From: a virus
Length of the DNA: 64,000 bases
Direction: 5' to 3' (one strand)
IMG/VR virus record: IMGVR_UViG_3300033153_003354
Location: 17,383 to 81,382 of that record
Below, piece by piece: positions 20,281-30,132 of the stretch; positions within the stretch are counted from its first letter, which is position 1; every line of letters begins with the position of its first letter. A model generated the notes under the pieces. The model saw only the letters and a program-made list of their open reading frames with translations. It made no database searches and was not told where the DNA came from. A program made the position numbers and the translations under genes.

Positions 20281-21582
20281 CTACGACAATTGTACTGTTA
20301 CAATTACTTCTGCTCCAGTTTTTCGTACCAGCCAAACTGTGCTGTCCAATCCTATTCCCATTCCGGTATCTCCAACAGCCCAACCAGAAAAATCACCATG
20401 AACTGGTGTATTTCCTGCACATGATATATCTGCTCTTAAATGTAGAGCATAAGCACCAGAATATCTTTGGTTTTGCACATCATCATGATCTACATCTGCA
20501 CTATTTATCATGGTAGCATCTATGTCACCATCCGCATCCAATTTCACTGGTTTTCCTGCATCGCCAGCTCCGGCAGATACATTCAAATGTTCACTTTCTT
20601 GGAAATACTGATTGTCCAATTGTCCTGCATCAAGTTCCGTTTCGGTGTAATACCTTGCATCCCCACGTGTATCATTATGATACTGTGAATGGTCATCGTC
20701 AGCTAATCCACCAACTGATCCGTGGTCAATATCAGCATCGTTCACCATAGTTGCGTCAACATTTCCGTCAGCATCTAACTTAACAGGTTTTCCAGCATCT
20801 CCGGCTCCTGCTGAAACATTGATGTGTTCAGATTGTTGGAAATATCTAGCATCTCCTCTTGTATCATTATGATATTGAGTGTGATCATCATCTCCAAGTC
20901 CAAGGAGGTTTCCATGGTCTGTTGTTTGACCCCAATATTTGAACTCAAGAGCATCGGTATTAACAATATCAGAAGCACTATTATTGATACATCTGAATGT
21001 TGAATCCCCATTCAATGTTCCAGCTTCAACTGCCAAAAATGCACCAGCAGCACTATCTCCACCATCTAAATCTGATCTTCGTGTTAAAGCCCATGGTGTT
21101 TCTGCATCTCCGAGTGTGGTAAGTGTATAAATACCATCATTGATATGACTTGCTCCACCACCTTCATCTTTTACAAGATATTCTTGGTTAAGTGCTGGTG
21201 GAATGGCATCAACTGTTGGAAATGCTCCATTAGCGGAAGCAGTAAGAACATCTAATGTTCTTGTATTTGCTGGTAATGCTTCTGTTGTAGCAACATCCAC
21301 ATTATCTTTACTCACCATCGCTTCTATACTAGCAGCAACATAATCTTCCATCTGTTTAACAGATGAAACATCTTGTGTTCCTGCTCCACCATCACCAAGA
21401 TTGGTAATTTTCTTCGTTCCGGCACTCAAATCCCCAGACAATGCACGTGAACCATCTTCTAGAAGGTATTGTGTGTGATCGTCATCGCCCAGACCTTGGA
21501 CATTTCCATGGTCTATGACACTGTGTATGTCATCTTCTTCGCTTACTCCATGCTTTGTTGCATGTTTATCTGTGTGTCCCAT
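20281..21582 (-). CDS. Fibre-like protein with His/Asp-rich internal repeats
   Basis: Three DHG-x-x-x-GL-x-DDDH-x-QY repeats; duplicated SEH-x-NVSAGAGDAGKPVKLDADG; KITNLGD neck motif. Confidence 0.7.
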   Translation of the reverse strand: MGHTDKHATKHGVSEEDDIHSVIDHGNVQGLGDDDHTQYLLEDGSRALSGDLSAGTKKITNLGDGGAGTQDVSSVKQMEDYVAASIEAMVSKDNVDVATTEALPANTRTLDVLTASANGAFPTVDAIPPALNQEYLVKDEGGGASHINDGIYTLTTLGDAETPWALTRRSDLDGGDSAAGAFLAVEAGTLNGDSTFRCINNSASDIVNTDALEFKYWGQTTDHGNLLGLGDDDHTQYHNDTRGDARYFQQSEHINVSAGAGDAGKPVKLDADGNVDATMVNDADIDHGSVGGLADDDHSQYHNDTRGDARYYTETELDAGQLDNQYFQESEHLNVSAGAGDAGKPVKLDADGDIDATMINSADVDHDDVQNQRYSGAYALHLRADISCAGNTPVHGDFSGWAVGDTGMGIGLDSTVWLVRKTGAEVIVTVQLS

Positions 21583-22065
21583 TTAACTCATCTCCATTTT
21601 TCGTTGATCTTCGGATGCTACCTTAAAGATGATCCACATTGTATCATCATTGGTATCATACCAATAGCACCAATCATCGACCAACGTGATAACTGGTTCT
21701 GTGTCTTGTCTAAAAACCTGTCCTCTCAATACTACATCATTTGTATTTGGTGAATCTACCAATGTACCTTCATGTTCACAACACTGACAATCGGTTGGTT
21801 CTAACAAAGATGGTATGTGTTGTACTAAAGCACAACATCGACAGAATTTCTCATAATAGATTGGTGGCTGTCCATCATGACTTGATATTAAACTATCTAA
21901 TGAAATTTCTTCCTCACCAGATAATTCCCCATCAAAAAATATAGAAAGATTTGGATCGGTGTAATTTGTGTATTGAAGTGTTGTAACTATTGTTTCATCT
22001 GCTTCAATTTCCAGTTCTAATTTAGTTAGATTTACTGGTGTTATTTCATATTGATATTCAGTCAT
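21583..22065 (-). CDS. Hypothetical virion-module protein with CxCC motifs
   Basis: 160 aa; CRCC and CQCC. Confidence 0.55.
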   Translation of the reverse strand: MTEYQYEITPVNLTKLELEIEADETIVTTLQYTNYTDPNLSIFFDGELSGEEEISLDSLISSHDGQPPIYYEKFCRCCALVQHIPSLLEPTDCQCCEHEGTLVDSPNTNDVVLRGQVFRQDTEPVITLVDDWCYWYDTNDDTMWIIFKVASEDQRKMEMS

Positions 22066-22066
22066 C

Positions 22067-22576
22067 TTATTCCACCACCTTTGATATTATCAACCTTTTT
22101 CTTCTGACATTTACAGAAGTTCCAGTTTCACTCCAGAAATAAAAATCAAAATCATAATCACCAGCAGTAGCATCAAGAAAGAAAATCCCCGACTGAATAG
22201 AATATTCGGAACTTAAATTAGCAAAACGTGCAACCTCAACAGAATCAATTTCAATAGAACCAAAACAGCATCGTTCAGTAAAACCAGAGGTGATTCCATC
22301 TCCTTCCATCTCCATTTGATATTCAACTTTATATTTGGCTGTTTCAAGTGTCTTGGTTGTGGTCCACGCTAGTTGAGGAGACGTAGAAGATGTGCTATCA
22401 ACAGCATCTTCACTATCTTGAATTATTTTAGTGCCAAGATTTTGAATGTCTCCACTATGTTGTGTTACCGAAGATGAACTGATTTGTGCATCAGGAACTT
22501 CAACACTAGCATTTAATTCTGCTATACCATTTGCTACACCTTTAAGTGCATCCGTTAAAATTGTTACTAAACTCAT
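22067..22576 (-). CDS. Putative fibre tip / beta-sandwich protein
   Basis: ANGIAELNAS..VP motif then a beta-rich C-terminus. Confidence 0.5.
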   Translation of the reverse strand: MSLVTILTDALKGVANGIAELNASVEVPDAQISSSSVTQHSGDIQNLGTKIIQDSEDAVDSTSSTSPQLAWTTTKTLETAKYKVEYQMEMEGDGITSGFTERCCFGSIEIDSVEVARFANLSSEYSIQSGIFFLDATAGDYDFDFYFWSETGTSVNVRRKRLIISKVVE

Positions 22577-24150
22577 ATTATCTCTCCTTCATTAACAAAC
22601 GCAAAGATGTTGATGGTAACATCGTCAGTGGCACATTCTTCAACAGCCAACCCGCCAACACCATCATCGTACATTTTATTCACTCTCACATTAGTTTCCC
22701 AATGATCTGTGACCCAATTGTTCTTGATAATAGGTACAAACATTAACTGATCATCATATGTAAGATTCTTAGGTTCTACTGTTACATACACACTGAACAA
22801 CTCATTGGCAATCAGACCCGTGAGTTGACTATTATAATCAATGGTAATTCCTGTTGTTTTGACATAATCAAATATCCCGAATCGGGTTTCAATATCGTCT
22901 GCAATCACGCCATCCATTGTCTTTGCAAGAACTATATAATCATCAATTCTATCAAGTGCTTTCTGGACAGTGTCTTCACTGGCAGTTAGCACCCTATTGA
23001 AATTACCAACAGTAGTATTAATCTGACTAGCAAGATAATCACCAGCCACAGCAATAATTGCACCGATACGTCCAAATACAGAACTTACTGCATGAGAATT
23101 AAGAATCTTCTCATAGGTTGTTCCATTATGTAACGCCCAGTCACCCACATCAAATGAGATGTTACCAGAACCAAGATCTTGTGTTCCAGCTACATTAACG
23201 ATGTAGAACCACCCTGCACTACCAGTAGCATCTGCAATTGCTGGTGTGTTAGTTGTAGCGTTCCATCCTCCTTTGGGTTCGAGTTGGTTTAAAATTGCAT
23301 CTGGAATGTTGGCAGTGGGTATAAGTGCAGCAGCATCCAACGGACAATAACCATTAGCAACATCACGTTCACTCTCTTTTTGATATTGAATATGTGGGTC
23401 AGATAATGCAACGTGATCGGCCACAGAAGCATCAGCAACAACATCTGCTTCTGCATCTGTATATCTCTGACCAAACGCCATACCATCATCCAATGCTGTT
23501 CCATCTGTTACTTTCTCTACTTTTCCGTTGGCTTTTATCCCACCAGTTGTCACAATTTTACCTGTTGATGGTACTATAAAAAATCCTGATTTGGTTGCAA
23601 AAAACATACTCGTCCATACAGATTCAGTCATTAATGTGCCAAAGAAATGTGCTTCAACATTTGGATTATTATGTACCGAACCCTGCACAGTCCCACCATA
23701 CATCCAAATCTCTGCCCATGTAACAGAACCAGATTCGGAAGAATTTTGAAGAATCACATTATGGTTTATAGTGATTGACCAGTTATTCCCAAAAGTGAGT
23801 GTACTGATGCCACCCCACCAAGACGTTGAAAGTATTGATGCGGATTTATAAATTCCGGCATCTGGTAGTGTGACATTTTGTGAAGAACTTCCTTCATCAT
23901 CATCAACCATGATGTTTCTGTGTTCGTTTTCAGCTATCTGGTCAATGGCGTGTTGAATTGTTTCATACGGTTTATAAAGTGTCCCTTCTCCATCTACATC
24001 ACTACCCCTTGATTGTGAACACCATACAAAACTTGAAGGATCACCAAATTTGTTACCATCTATTGATGTATCAACTGGAAAAGCAACTGAATCAGTATAA
24101 GTGTGTGGCAATTGATCTTCAAAATGTGTCCACCCATGAAATTTAACCAC
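22573..24150 (-). CDS. Fibre/spike-like protein
   Basis: GTLYKPYETIQHAI (DUF1565-like), HVALSDPHIQY, KGGWNATTNTP and VSSVFGRIGAI fibre motifs. Confidence 0.65.
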   Translation of the reverse strand: MVKFHGWTHFEDQLPHTYTDSVAFPVDTSIDGNKFGDPSSFVWCSQSRGSDVDGEGTLYKPYETIQHAIDQIAENEHRNIMVDDDEGSSSQNVTLPDAGIYKSASILSTSWWGGISTLTFGNNWSITINHNVILQNSSESGSVTWAEIWMYGGTVQGSVHNNPNVEAHFFGTLMTESVWTSMFFATKSGFFIVPSTGKIVTTGGIKANGKVEKVTDGTALDDGMAFGQRYTDAEADVVADASVADHVALSDPHIQYQKESERDVANGYCPLDAAALIPTANIPDAILNQLEPKGGWNATTNTPAIADATGSAGWFYIVNVAGTQDLGSGNISFDVGDWALHNGTTYEKILNSHAVSSVFGRIGAIIAVAGDYLASQINTTVGNFNRVLTASEDTVQKALDRIDDYIVLAKTMDGVIADDIETRFGIFDYVKTTGITIDYNSQLTGLIANELFSVYVTVEPKNLTYDDQLMFVPIIKNNWVTDHWETNVRVNKMYDDGVGGLAVEECATDDVTINIFAFVNEGEII

Positions 24151-24153
24151 GTA

Positions 24154-24705
24154 TTAACCCCCAGAAACTTCCATAACATCACTGGCAGTACCAATAACAT
24201 ATATCATATCAGTATTATCAACTTTAATATCTTTGGATTCTCCTGGCATTAATTCAATACCATTTGAAGCACCAGTTAATCCTGCACTAAATGAATAATA
24301 CATTGGCAACGAATTTCCTACTCTTGCAGATAATGTTATTTCTTTATGAATTTGATTTGGAGGAACTTGATTTGCACTACCATTAGCTGTCATTATTTCT
24401 ACAATTCCAGCAGTTGGTAATTCATCTACACCAAAGATGCTTCCATTTGCATTTCCCTTAACGACAAAATATGTTGTTCCTCCATCATTGGATACCCATA
24501 TTCCAACACCATCTTCATCAGCAACACTTCCACCAGGTGGTTGTAAATTTACTGTACCCGAAAACGTTGCGGATGTTTTTATAGCCCCAGTAACTTCATC
24601 TATAGTTATTGGATATAAACTTCCATCTGAACCAACTGCTACAGCACCCACAAATTTCTTTGCTTGGTTTTCTATTGGTTGTGTAGGATCTATAGGGTAT
24701 CCCAT
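24154..24705 (-). CDS. Putative head decoration protein
   Basis: C-terminal NGIELMPGES...IYVIG beta-domain; directly downstream of the capsid genes. Confidence 0.5.
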   Translation of the reverse strand: MGYPIDPTQPIENQAKKFVGAVAVGSDGSLYPITIDEVTGAIKTSATFSGTVNLQPPGGSVADEDGVGIWVSNDGGTTYFVVKGNANGSIFGVDELPTAGIVEIMTANGSANQVPPNQIHKEITLSARVGNSLPMYYSFSAGLTGASNGIELMPGESKDIKVDNTDMIYVIGTASDVMEVSGG

Positions 24706-24706
24706 T

Positions 24707-25105
24707 TTATTCCACCACCCTTATTATAATATGGCGTTTTATAGCCATTTGAATATTAGTTGTAATTCTTTTTGGTAATTCAAATTTACTATCTTTAGTA
24801 ATAAACATCTCTAAACCACCACCATCTTCTGTTCTACATTTTAAACAGTAATCATCATCTCTAAAATCTGGATTTAAAATCCAGTATTCTATATCTGGCG
24901 TAACTTCTTCTATTACCTCTACATTTTCCTCTTCAGTAATTTCATTTTCTATTTTCTCATCTATTACTTCAATTTCTTCATCTTTAACATCATCTTTATC
25001 AGATAGTTCAAATGAATTATATTCATCCATGGTTAAACTATGAGTTCCTACATGACTTGAAGTAATTTTTTTGTATTTCTTTCCGCAAACTTTGCATTTT
25101 TCCAT
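24707..25105 (-). CDS. ROS/MucR-type C2H2 zinc-finger protein with acidic linker
   Basis: CKVCGKKYKKITSSHVGTHSLTMDEY. Confidence 0.7.
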   Translation of the reverse strand: MEKCKVCGKKYKKITSSHVGTHSLTMDEYNSFELSDKDDVKDEEIEVIDEKIENEITEEENVEVIEEVTPDIEYWILNPDFRDDDYCLKCRTEDGGGLEMFITKDSKFELPKRITTNIQMAIKRHIIIRVVE

Positions 25106-25123
25106 GGTTACGCCTCCTTTTTT

Positions 25124-25157
25124 AAAAAAAAGAAAAGGGAAGACTTATTGCCTTCCC
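25124..25157 (-). terminator. Hairpin plus U-tract terminator after the capsid gene
   Basis: Minus strand GGGAAGGC-AATAA-GTCTTCCC followed by TTTTCTTTTTTTT. Confidence 0.75.
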
Positions 25158-25169
25158 TAAAAACGGTGC

Positions 25170-25616
25170 TTAAATCACCGTCCCATCGATAACATATGCA
25201 GCGTCTGTTTGTACTGCCTTTGTTTTGAAGAACTTTCTCATGTATGCCAAATCGACACCACGTGAGCCAACTCTTTCAAGTTCAATAGATGTTGCTCTTT
25301 GTGAGAAAACAGCATACGCTGGTTTATCAAAGACCAAAATTTCATCTACTGGAGTAAACAATACAACAGCATTTCCATCTTTATCCTTGTAAGAAACCTT
25401 TTTTGTTCTTACAAGTTCCATGTCCCAAACTTCTTTAATGTAGTCTTTTGCTAACATTTTAGAATTAATAACCCATTCGAATTGAGAAATTCTATTATAT
25501 TGAGCTGTGTTTAGGCATATATGAGATGCATCGAATCCAGCATCTTCAATAGTAAGTTGTGCTGCTGTTATGTCATCCAATATATCTTGATCTGATGCAG
25601 TAACCCATGAATTCAT
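25170..25616 (-). CDS. Major capsid protein, C-terminal part (HK97-fold A/P-domain)
   Basis: SW...DILDDI...ICLNTAQY...ELVRT...VIDG pattern; position after the decoration gene. Confidence 0.7.
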   Translation of the reverse strand: MNSWVTASDQDILDDITAAQLTIEDAGFDASHICLNTAQYNRISQFEWVINSKMLAKDYIKEVWDMELVRTKKVSYKDKDGNAVVLFTPVDEILVFDKPAYAVFSQRATSIELERVGSRGVDLAYMRKFFKTKAVQTDAAYVIDGTVI

Positions 25617-25975
25617 AGCTGCAACAGGTGTTGGTCCACCATAGTAATTTTGGCTTCATCGGTGATTGCAATTCTTTCTTCCCACTGTTCTAGCTGATAA
25701 GTAACCCCTTCTTCGAGATTAACTTTCTGTTCTCCAGTTTCTGCTCCTTCTGGCTTTTTCATTGCAGTTAGATTTGACCAAATTACAAATTTACCAATCA
25801 ATCCCATTGATGGGGGTAGTGGGTTATTAATTGTAATATTCCCAATTATACTATAGTCTGCTGCAACTTTAAGTACACTGTCCAGCATTTGAGAAAACTG
25901 CGCTCTAGTTCTTTTGTCCACGGCATCTGCATGTAGCCATTTGCCAGGAACTCCTTCATTTCCACTTGTAGGCAT
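25613..25975 (-). CDS. Major capsid protein, N-terminal part (N-arm, E-loop)
   Basis: KKPEGAE E-loop motif and ERIAITDEA strand typical of HK97-fold capsids. Confidence 0.7.
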   Translation of the reverse strand: MPTSGNEGVPGKWLHADAVDKRTRAQFSQMLDSVLKVAADYSIIGNITINNPLPPSMGLIGKFVIWSNLTAMKKPEGAETGEQKVNLEEGVTYQLEQWEERIAITDEAKITMVDQHLLQL

Positions 25976-25978
25976 TTA

Positions 25979-26383
25979 TTACACCAACCTTATTTCTAGC
26001 TCACCAGTAGTAGCATCAACAATACGTTCTACATATGCATATAATACATCTGCTGTATCTGCGCCACCAACCCACAAGGCTAGTTCTCCTGCTGCACTTG
26101 GCTTAACAGGGTCATCATTCGCAAGGGTTCCAGGAGTATCATCCCACCCTTTTACTATTCCAGTGTGTAATACAGCAAGTTCTTCATTAATATCTGGATC
26201 TGCTTGTGCAGTTCCGTAAGGCTTAATACTAGCAGTACACAAAATAACTGGATTGAGTTTTCCTAGATTACTAACAGAATCAGTAACACCCTCTCTGGAA
26301 ACCACTAGGCCTTCCACAAAGTCTGTTGCTGTCGCTGAAGAATCTACAACTCCCCCAGTTGCTTTTCCAATTTCATAAGACAT
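25979..26383 (-). CDS. Capsid cement/decoration protein (beta-tulip-like)
   Basis: Between scaffold and capsid; PYGTA...AVLHTG...PVKPSAAG pattern. Confidence 0.65.
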   Translation of the reverse strand: MSYEIGKATGGVVDSSATATDFVEGLVVSREGVTDSVSNLGKLNPVILCTASIKPYGTAQADPDINEELAVLHTGIVKGWDDTPGTLANDDPVKPSAAGELALWVGGADTADVLYAYVERIVDATTGELEIRLV

Positions 26384-26397
26384 TTTTCATCTCTCCT

Positions 26398-28008
26398 TTA
26401 TGTTACGGTAAATTTACCGTCTTCTTTTGTTTCTTCATCTTCTTTAACATCCTCGTTTAATGATTGTTCCATAAACAAATCATTTTGTCCAGCTGTTAGG
26501 ATATTAATGAATGATGGTTTGTCTTCGTCACTCATAGACAACAAGAGCTTTTTTGTGTCCTCTGCTTTTGTTGGTGGTATTACACCATTATTTAATAGAG
26601 ATTCAACTACCTCATCTACTTCTTTTGTAGATAGTGCGTTCTCAAGCTCCTTTATTCTACTATCCTTTTCCGACAAAGATGTAGTTACATCATTGAGTTT
26701 TGATTCAAATTCCTTTCTCAATAATTCAACTGCATCTGGCGTTTCAGATAGTTTTTCTTCTTTTGTCACATCAGGTGTTTCCTGAACATCTTCTTCCTTT
26801 GAGACTTCTTCGGACATTTCTTCCTCCCGTTCTTCGGGTTTTTTAACATCTTCTGGTTCACCTTTGGTGACGTTAAGTGTTGATTCTAAAGTTGCAATGA
26901 AAGAATCTGGTTTGCCTTCGGTTTTAGCTACCTCGATTGCTTGTTTTATGCAATCGGTTGAAGACAACTTTGCTTCTTCCTCCTTTTTTTCTTCTACTGA
27001 TTCCTTTGTTTCCTCTGGAGTTTCATCAGTTTCAGAAAGTTGTTCTTTAGTTTCTTGCTCATCGTCCTCCGGTGTTACCTTTGTTTCAGTTTCAGAAAGT
27101 TTTTCTTCCTTAACTTCTTCAACAATCTCTTCCGAAGTCTCTTCCTTTTTCTTTTCATCGGACATTTCCCGATCTCCTTTGTTTTCGCTCAACGTTCTTA
27201 TTATTCCACCATCAATATGACAAATTGTACATGCTGGTGAAGTTGTAAGACTAATTTCATCATATTCAAAATTAGATCCTACCCAAATCCCGTCTTGCTT
27301 TGTTGCTTGACATCTTACTGTCACTGAAAATCCTAAACTCTTATTTTTAAAGAATTCTGGATTTCCTGATTTTAATTCTTTTAATTTATTGACAAACCAT
27401 CCATCAAAAATAAGAACTGTTGCTCTTATTCCTAGAACAGTATCGTCCCATCTAACATTTGATAAGAATCCCTTGACTTTGTCTTTGGATCCATCTTCAT
27501 GTTCATATAAAGTGTGAATACGTAGCATTTTAGACATTGATTCCTTTAAGTCTTGCCAAGGATAGAATAACCCCTTCCATGTCCCTTCTGCCAAAGCGAT
27601 TCCAGTTAATTCTGCTACCTCGATACCATCCTGCTCTGTAATACTTATATCAACACTACCAAATGACAATTTATCATTTAATTCAAATGTTTCTTCTTCA
27701 TTGCTGTTTTTAGCAAATATTTCACATGGAGTGCATCCTTCATTAACATCATTATTTGACACCTCTTTTGCTGCTTCGAATTCAATTGGTCTAAATTCAT
27801 GATCCTTCAACCATTTTTTAGCTTGTTCTGGAGTAAATTTACTTGAGTCGAATCTAATTGTTTGAATTTCACTTATTTTCTTTCCACCTTTTGTGAATAT
27901 TCCAAAGATAACATCTATACCAGAACCAAATTTATCATTAACTCTTCTAAATTCATCGTATTTAGATGGGCTGTTGATTCTTGCTGCGTGTTCTCCTTTC
28001 AATGGCAT
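26398..28008 (-). CDS. Prohead protease-scaffold fusion with an extra N-terminal domain
   Basis: EHAARI...IRFD...AKKWLKDH N-terminal domain; LYEH, GFSV and EISLTTSPAC protease motifs; acidic scaffold with KLSET repeats. Confidence 0.85.
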   Translation of the reverse strand: MPLKGEHAARINSPSKYDEFRRVNDKFGSGIDVIFGIFTKGGKKISEIQTIRFDSSKFTPEQAKKWLKDHEFRPIEFEAAKEVSNNDVNEGCTPCEIFAKNSNEEETFELNDKLSFGSVDISITEQDGIEVAELTGIALAEGTWKGLFYPWQDLKESMSKMLRIHTLYEHEDGSKDKVKGFLSNVRWDDTVLGIRATVLIFDGWFVNKLKELKSGNPEFFKNKSLGFSVTVRCQATKQDGIWVGSNFEYDEISLTTSPACTICHIDGGIIRTLSENKGDREMSDEKKKEETSEEIVEEVKEEKLSETETKVTPEDDEQETKEQLSETDETPEETKESVEEKKEEEAKLSSTDCIKQAIEVAKTEGKPDSFIATLESTLNVTKGEPEDVKKPEEREEEMSEEVSKEEDVQETPDVTKEEKLSETPDAVELLRKEFESKLNDVTTSLSEKDSRIKELENALSTKEVDEVVESLLNNGVIPPTKAEDTKKLLLSMSDEDKPSFINILTAGQNDLFMEQSLNEDVKEDEETKEDGKFTVT

Positions 28009-30056
28009 TATAATCCCGCCTCTATTGCTCTTTCAAATCCCTCTTGGGGGGATGTTTCTCCTTCTGTCCAATCCCATACCACATTTTCATCAATCACTGT
28101 AACTGCTATCCAATATGATCTACACTGAAAATGATTTGGTGGTGTTACTTCTTGAACCCTTGGTGAATTTAATGGTAATGTCATACCATCATGTTCAACA
28201 CAAAATGGTGTGGTTCTGGTATCTATGATTGCAGAATATTGTACACCCCTAACAAAATCTGAATTTTCATTATACATTCTTAATCTTGCTTCATTAAATG
28301 CAGCATTTATATTTGTTCTTGTTATTGCTCTAATTCCTTGTGGAGATGTTTTTCTAAATTCAACTCTTTCTGCTAATTGTGAACTTAATTCATCAACCGA
28401 TGTACCTTCTTCAATAGCAAGATTTATTATAATCATTGCATCTGCCGTCATTGTTATATTAAATTGATTAAGAATTAATGCTGCTCGTATTGAAGCCCAT
28501 TCCTCTTCTCCCTGCAAAGATAATTTTACATTTCCTTTTAATTGTGAAATTGCATTTGCTGCTAAAATAGTTCCAGCAATTTGAGTATCCAATAAACTAT
28601 CTTTAACATCATCCACCAAAGATTGTTTTGCTTTTGGTATGACTACTTTTTCATCATCCAATATTTTTTGAGCATTATCTTTGAGATATTTCTTTACAAA
28701 ATTAATATATTTTAAAAGGGGTTGCTTTAATTTATTTTCACCAGAATCCATGACAGATTCAACTTTTCTAACATCTTCGGGCCATTTTAAAGAAGTTAAT
28801 TTTGCAGACAAGCCACTATCTGGATTCCCTGTTACGTCCTCTTGTTCTGGTACATCTGCAATGACGGGTGGTTTATCATCAACATCTGTTATTGGACTAG
28901 TACCATCATTTTTCTTTTCTGGAATACCAAGTTCTTTTCTAATCCATTTTTCATCTGGACTTATTACTTGTCCATCAATAAGAACTTTAATAACATCTGC
29001 CATTTCTTTCTTTTCCCTGATAGTAAAATCTGGAAATACCAATTCTGGATATTTGTCTATTTTTCCATAATTTAAATCAACTAATAATCTAATAAGTTGT
29101 TGCATCATATCAGATGCCATTTTTTGAGCACGTTGAATTCTCCACATAAATATTTTCAAATGGGTTTCACCAAGTGCTCTTGCTCCAACATCTTCCTGAC
29201 CCAGAAGTAAAGTAGGAACTAACAATCCTCTCATAATCATTGTATCGTGATAACCAACAGCACGTGAAAAATTTTCACCTTCTGATACTGCATCGATCTT
29301 TTTAACGTCGTCACCTTTTAAAACTGAAAGATTTGTTTTTGTTCTAACACTATCTAACGCAGAATTCATTGATGCTAAATCATTTTTCTTACGAACAAAA
29401 CCAATGAGTAATGGTGTTCCATACCTTTCAAGTGCAATGTTCCAAAATTTAGTAACAACATCTTTGATGAACCAGTGTTTGTACACTGATTGTAATTGAC
29501 TTCTGCCAAGTGAAATTAATAATTTATCTGGATTTAATGGAACAGCACCAGAAAGATCTTGTTTAACTGATGTTACATTTCCAAATTTATCCCGTTTAAT
29601 ACCAGTTTCTATTGTTTCTGGATTAATAACTTTAAGTTTATCTAAATGAACTTGTTTATCTTCTTTGGAATAGGATAATACTGGTTCTGATACAGCCAAA
29701 CCATAAGATATTCTATTATCCATTATTTCTTCAAGAACTTCTTCTAATCCAGATACCATATAATTAGAACACGAATTAACATTTTCAAATTCACCTTCCA
29801 AATATTCTACAATCTCTGATCCACGTTTATCGTTACCAGTATAATAAATCTTATACCCTTTTGATAATGAAGCTAAAACAATTACTTGAACAGCTGCTTT
29901 AACTTGAGCGTCTTCATATCTCATTTCAGTATAAGAAGCAAAGGTTATATCGTCATCGATTGAACCAATATTATTTACTCCCCAATAATCATTATACACA
30001 AATGATTGTTCTTCGTAGTAACTACGATCAACATTTGGTCTTTCATCTTTTAGCAT
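28008..30056 (-). CDS. Portal protein (DUF935/Mu gp29-like) fused to a MuF/gp7 head morphogenesis domain
   Basis: VYKHWFIK, ERYGTP and GARALGETH portal motifs; C-terminal RTNINAAFN...YSAIIDTRTTPFC...PPNHFQCRS MuF motif. Confidence 0.9.
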   Translation of the reverse strand: MLKDERPNVDRSYYEEQSFVYNDYWGVNNIGSIDDDITFASYTEMRYEDAQVKAAVQVIVLASLSKGYKIYYTGNDKRGSEIVEYLEGEFENVNSCSNYMVSGLEEVLEEIMDNRISYGLAVSEPVLSYSKEDKQVHLDKLKVINPETIETGIKRDKFGNVTSVKQDLSGAVPLNPDKLLISLGRSQLQSVYKHWFIKDVVTKFWNIALERYGTPLLIGFVRKKNDLASMNSALDSVRTKTNLSVLKGDDVKKIDAVSEGENFSRAVGYHDTMIMRGLLVPTLLLGQEDVGARALGETHLKIFMWRIQRAQKMASDMMQQLIRLLVDLNYGKIDKYPELVFPDFTIREKKEMADVIKVLIDGQVISPDEKWIRKELGIPEKKNDGTSPITDVDDKPPVIADVPEQEDVTGNPDSGLSAKLTSLKWPEDVRKVESVMDSGENKLKQPLLKYINFVKKYLKDNAQKILDDEKVVIPKAKQSLVDDVKDSLLDTQIAGTILAANAISQLKGNVKLSLQGEEEWASIRAALILNQFNITMTADAMIIINLAIEEGTSVDELSSQLAERVEFRKTSPQGIRAITRTNINAAFNEARLRMYNENSDFVRGVQYSAIIDTRTTPFCVEHDGMTLPLNSPRVQEVTPPNHFQCRSYWIAVTVIDENVVWDWTEGETSPQEGFERAIEAGL

Positions 30057-30080
30057 AGATAAATTAAAAATTCAATTTCA

Positions 30081-30132
30081 TACTATATAAAGGTTTGGGA
30101 AAGGTTTATATCCTACTATATAAAGGTTTTGG
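30081..30132 (-). promoter_or_regulatory. Tandem duplicated late-type archaeal promoter upstream of the portal gene
   Basis: Two copies of CCAAA(A)CCTTTATATAGTA on the minus strand; proximal TATA about 27 nt from the portal ATG, suggesting a leaderless mRNA. Confidence 0.7.
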
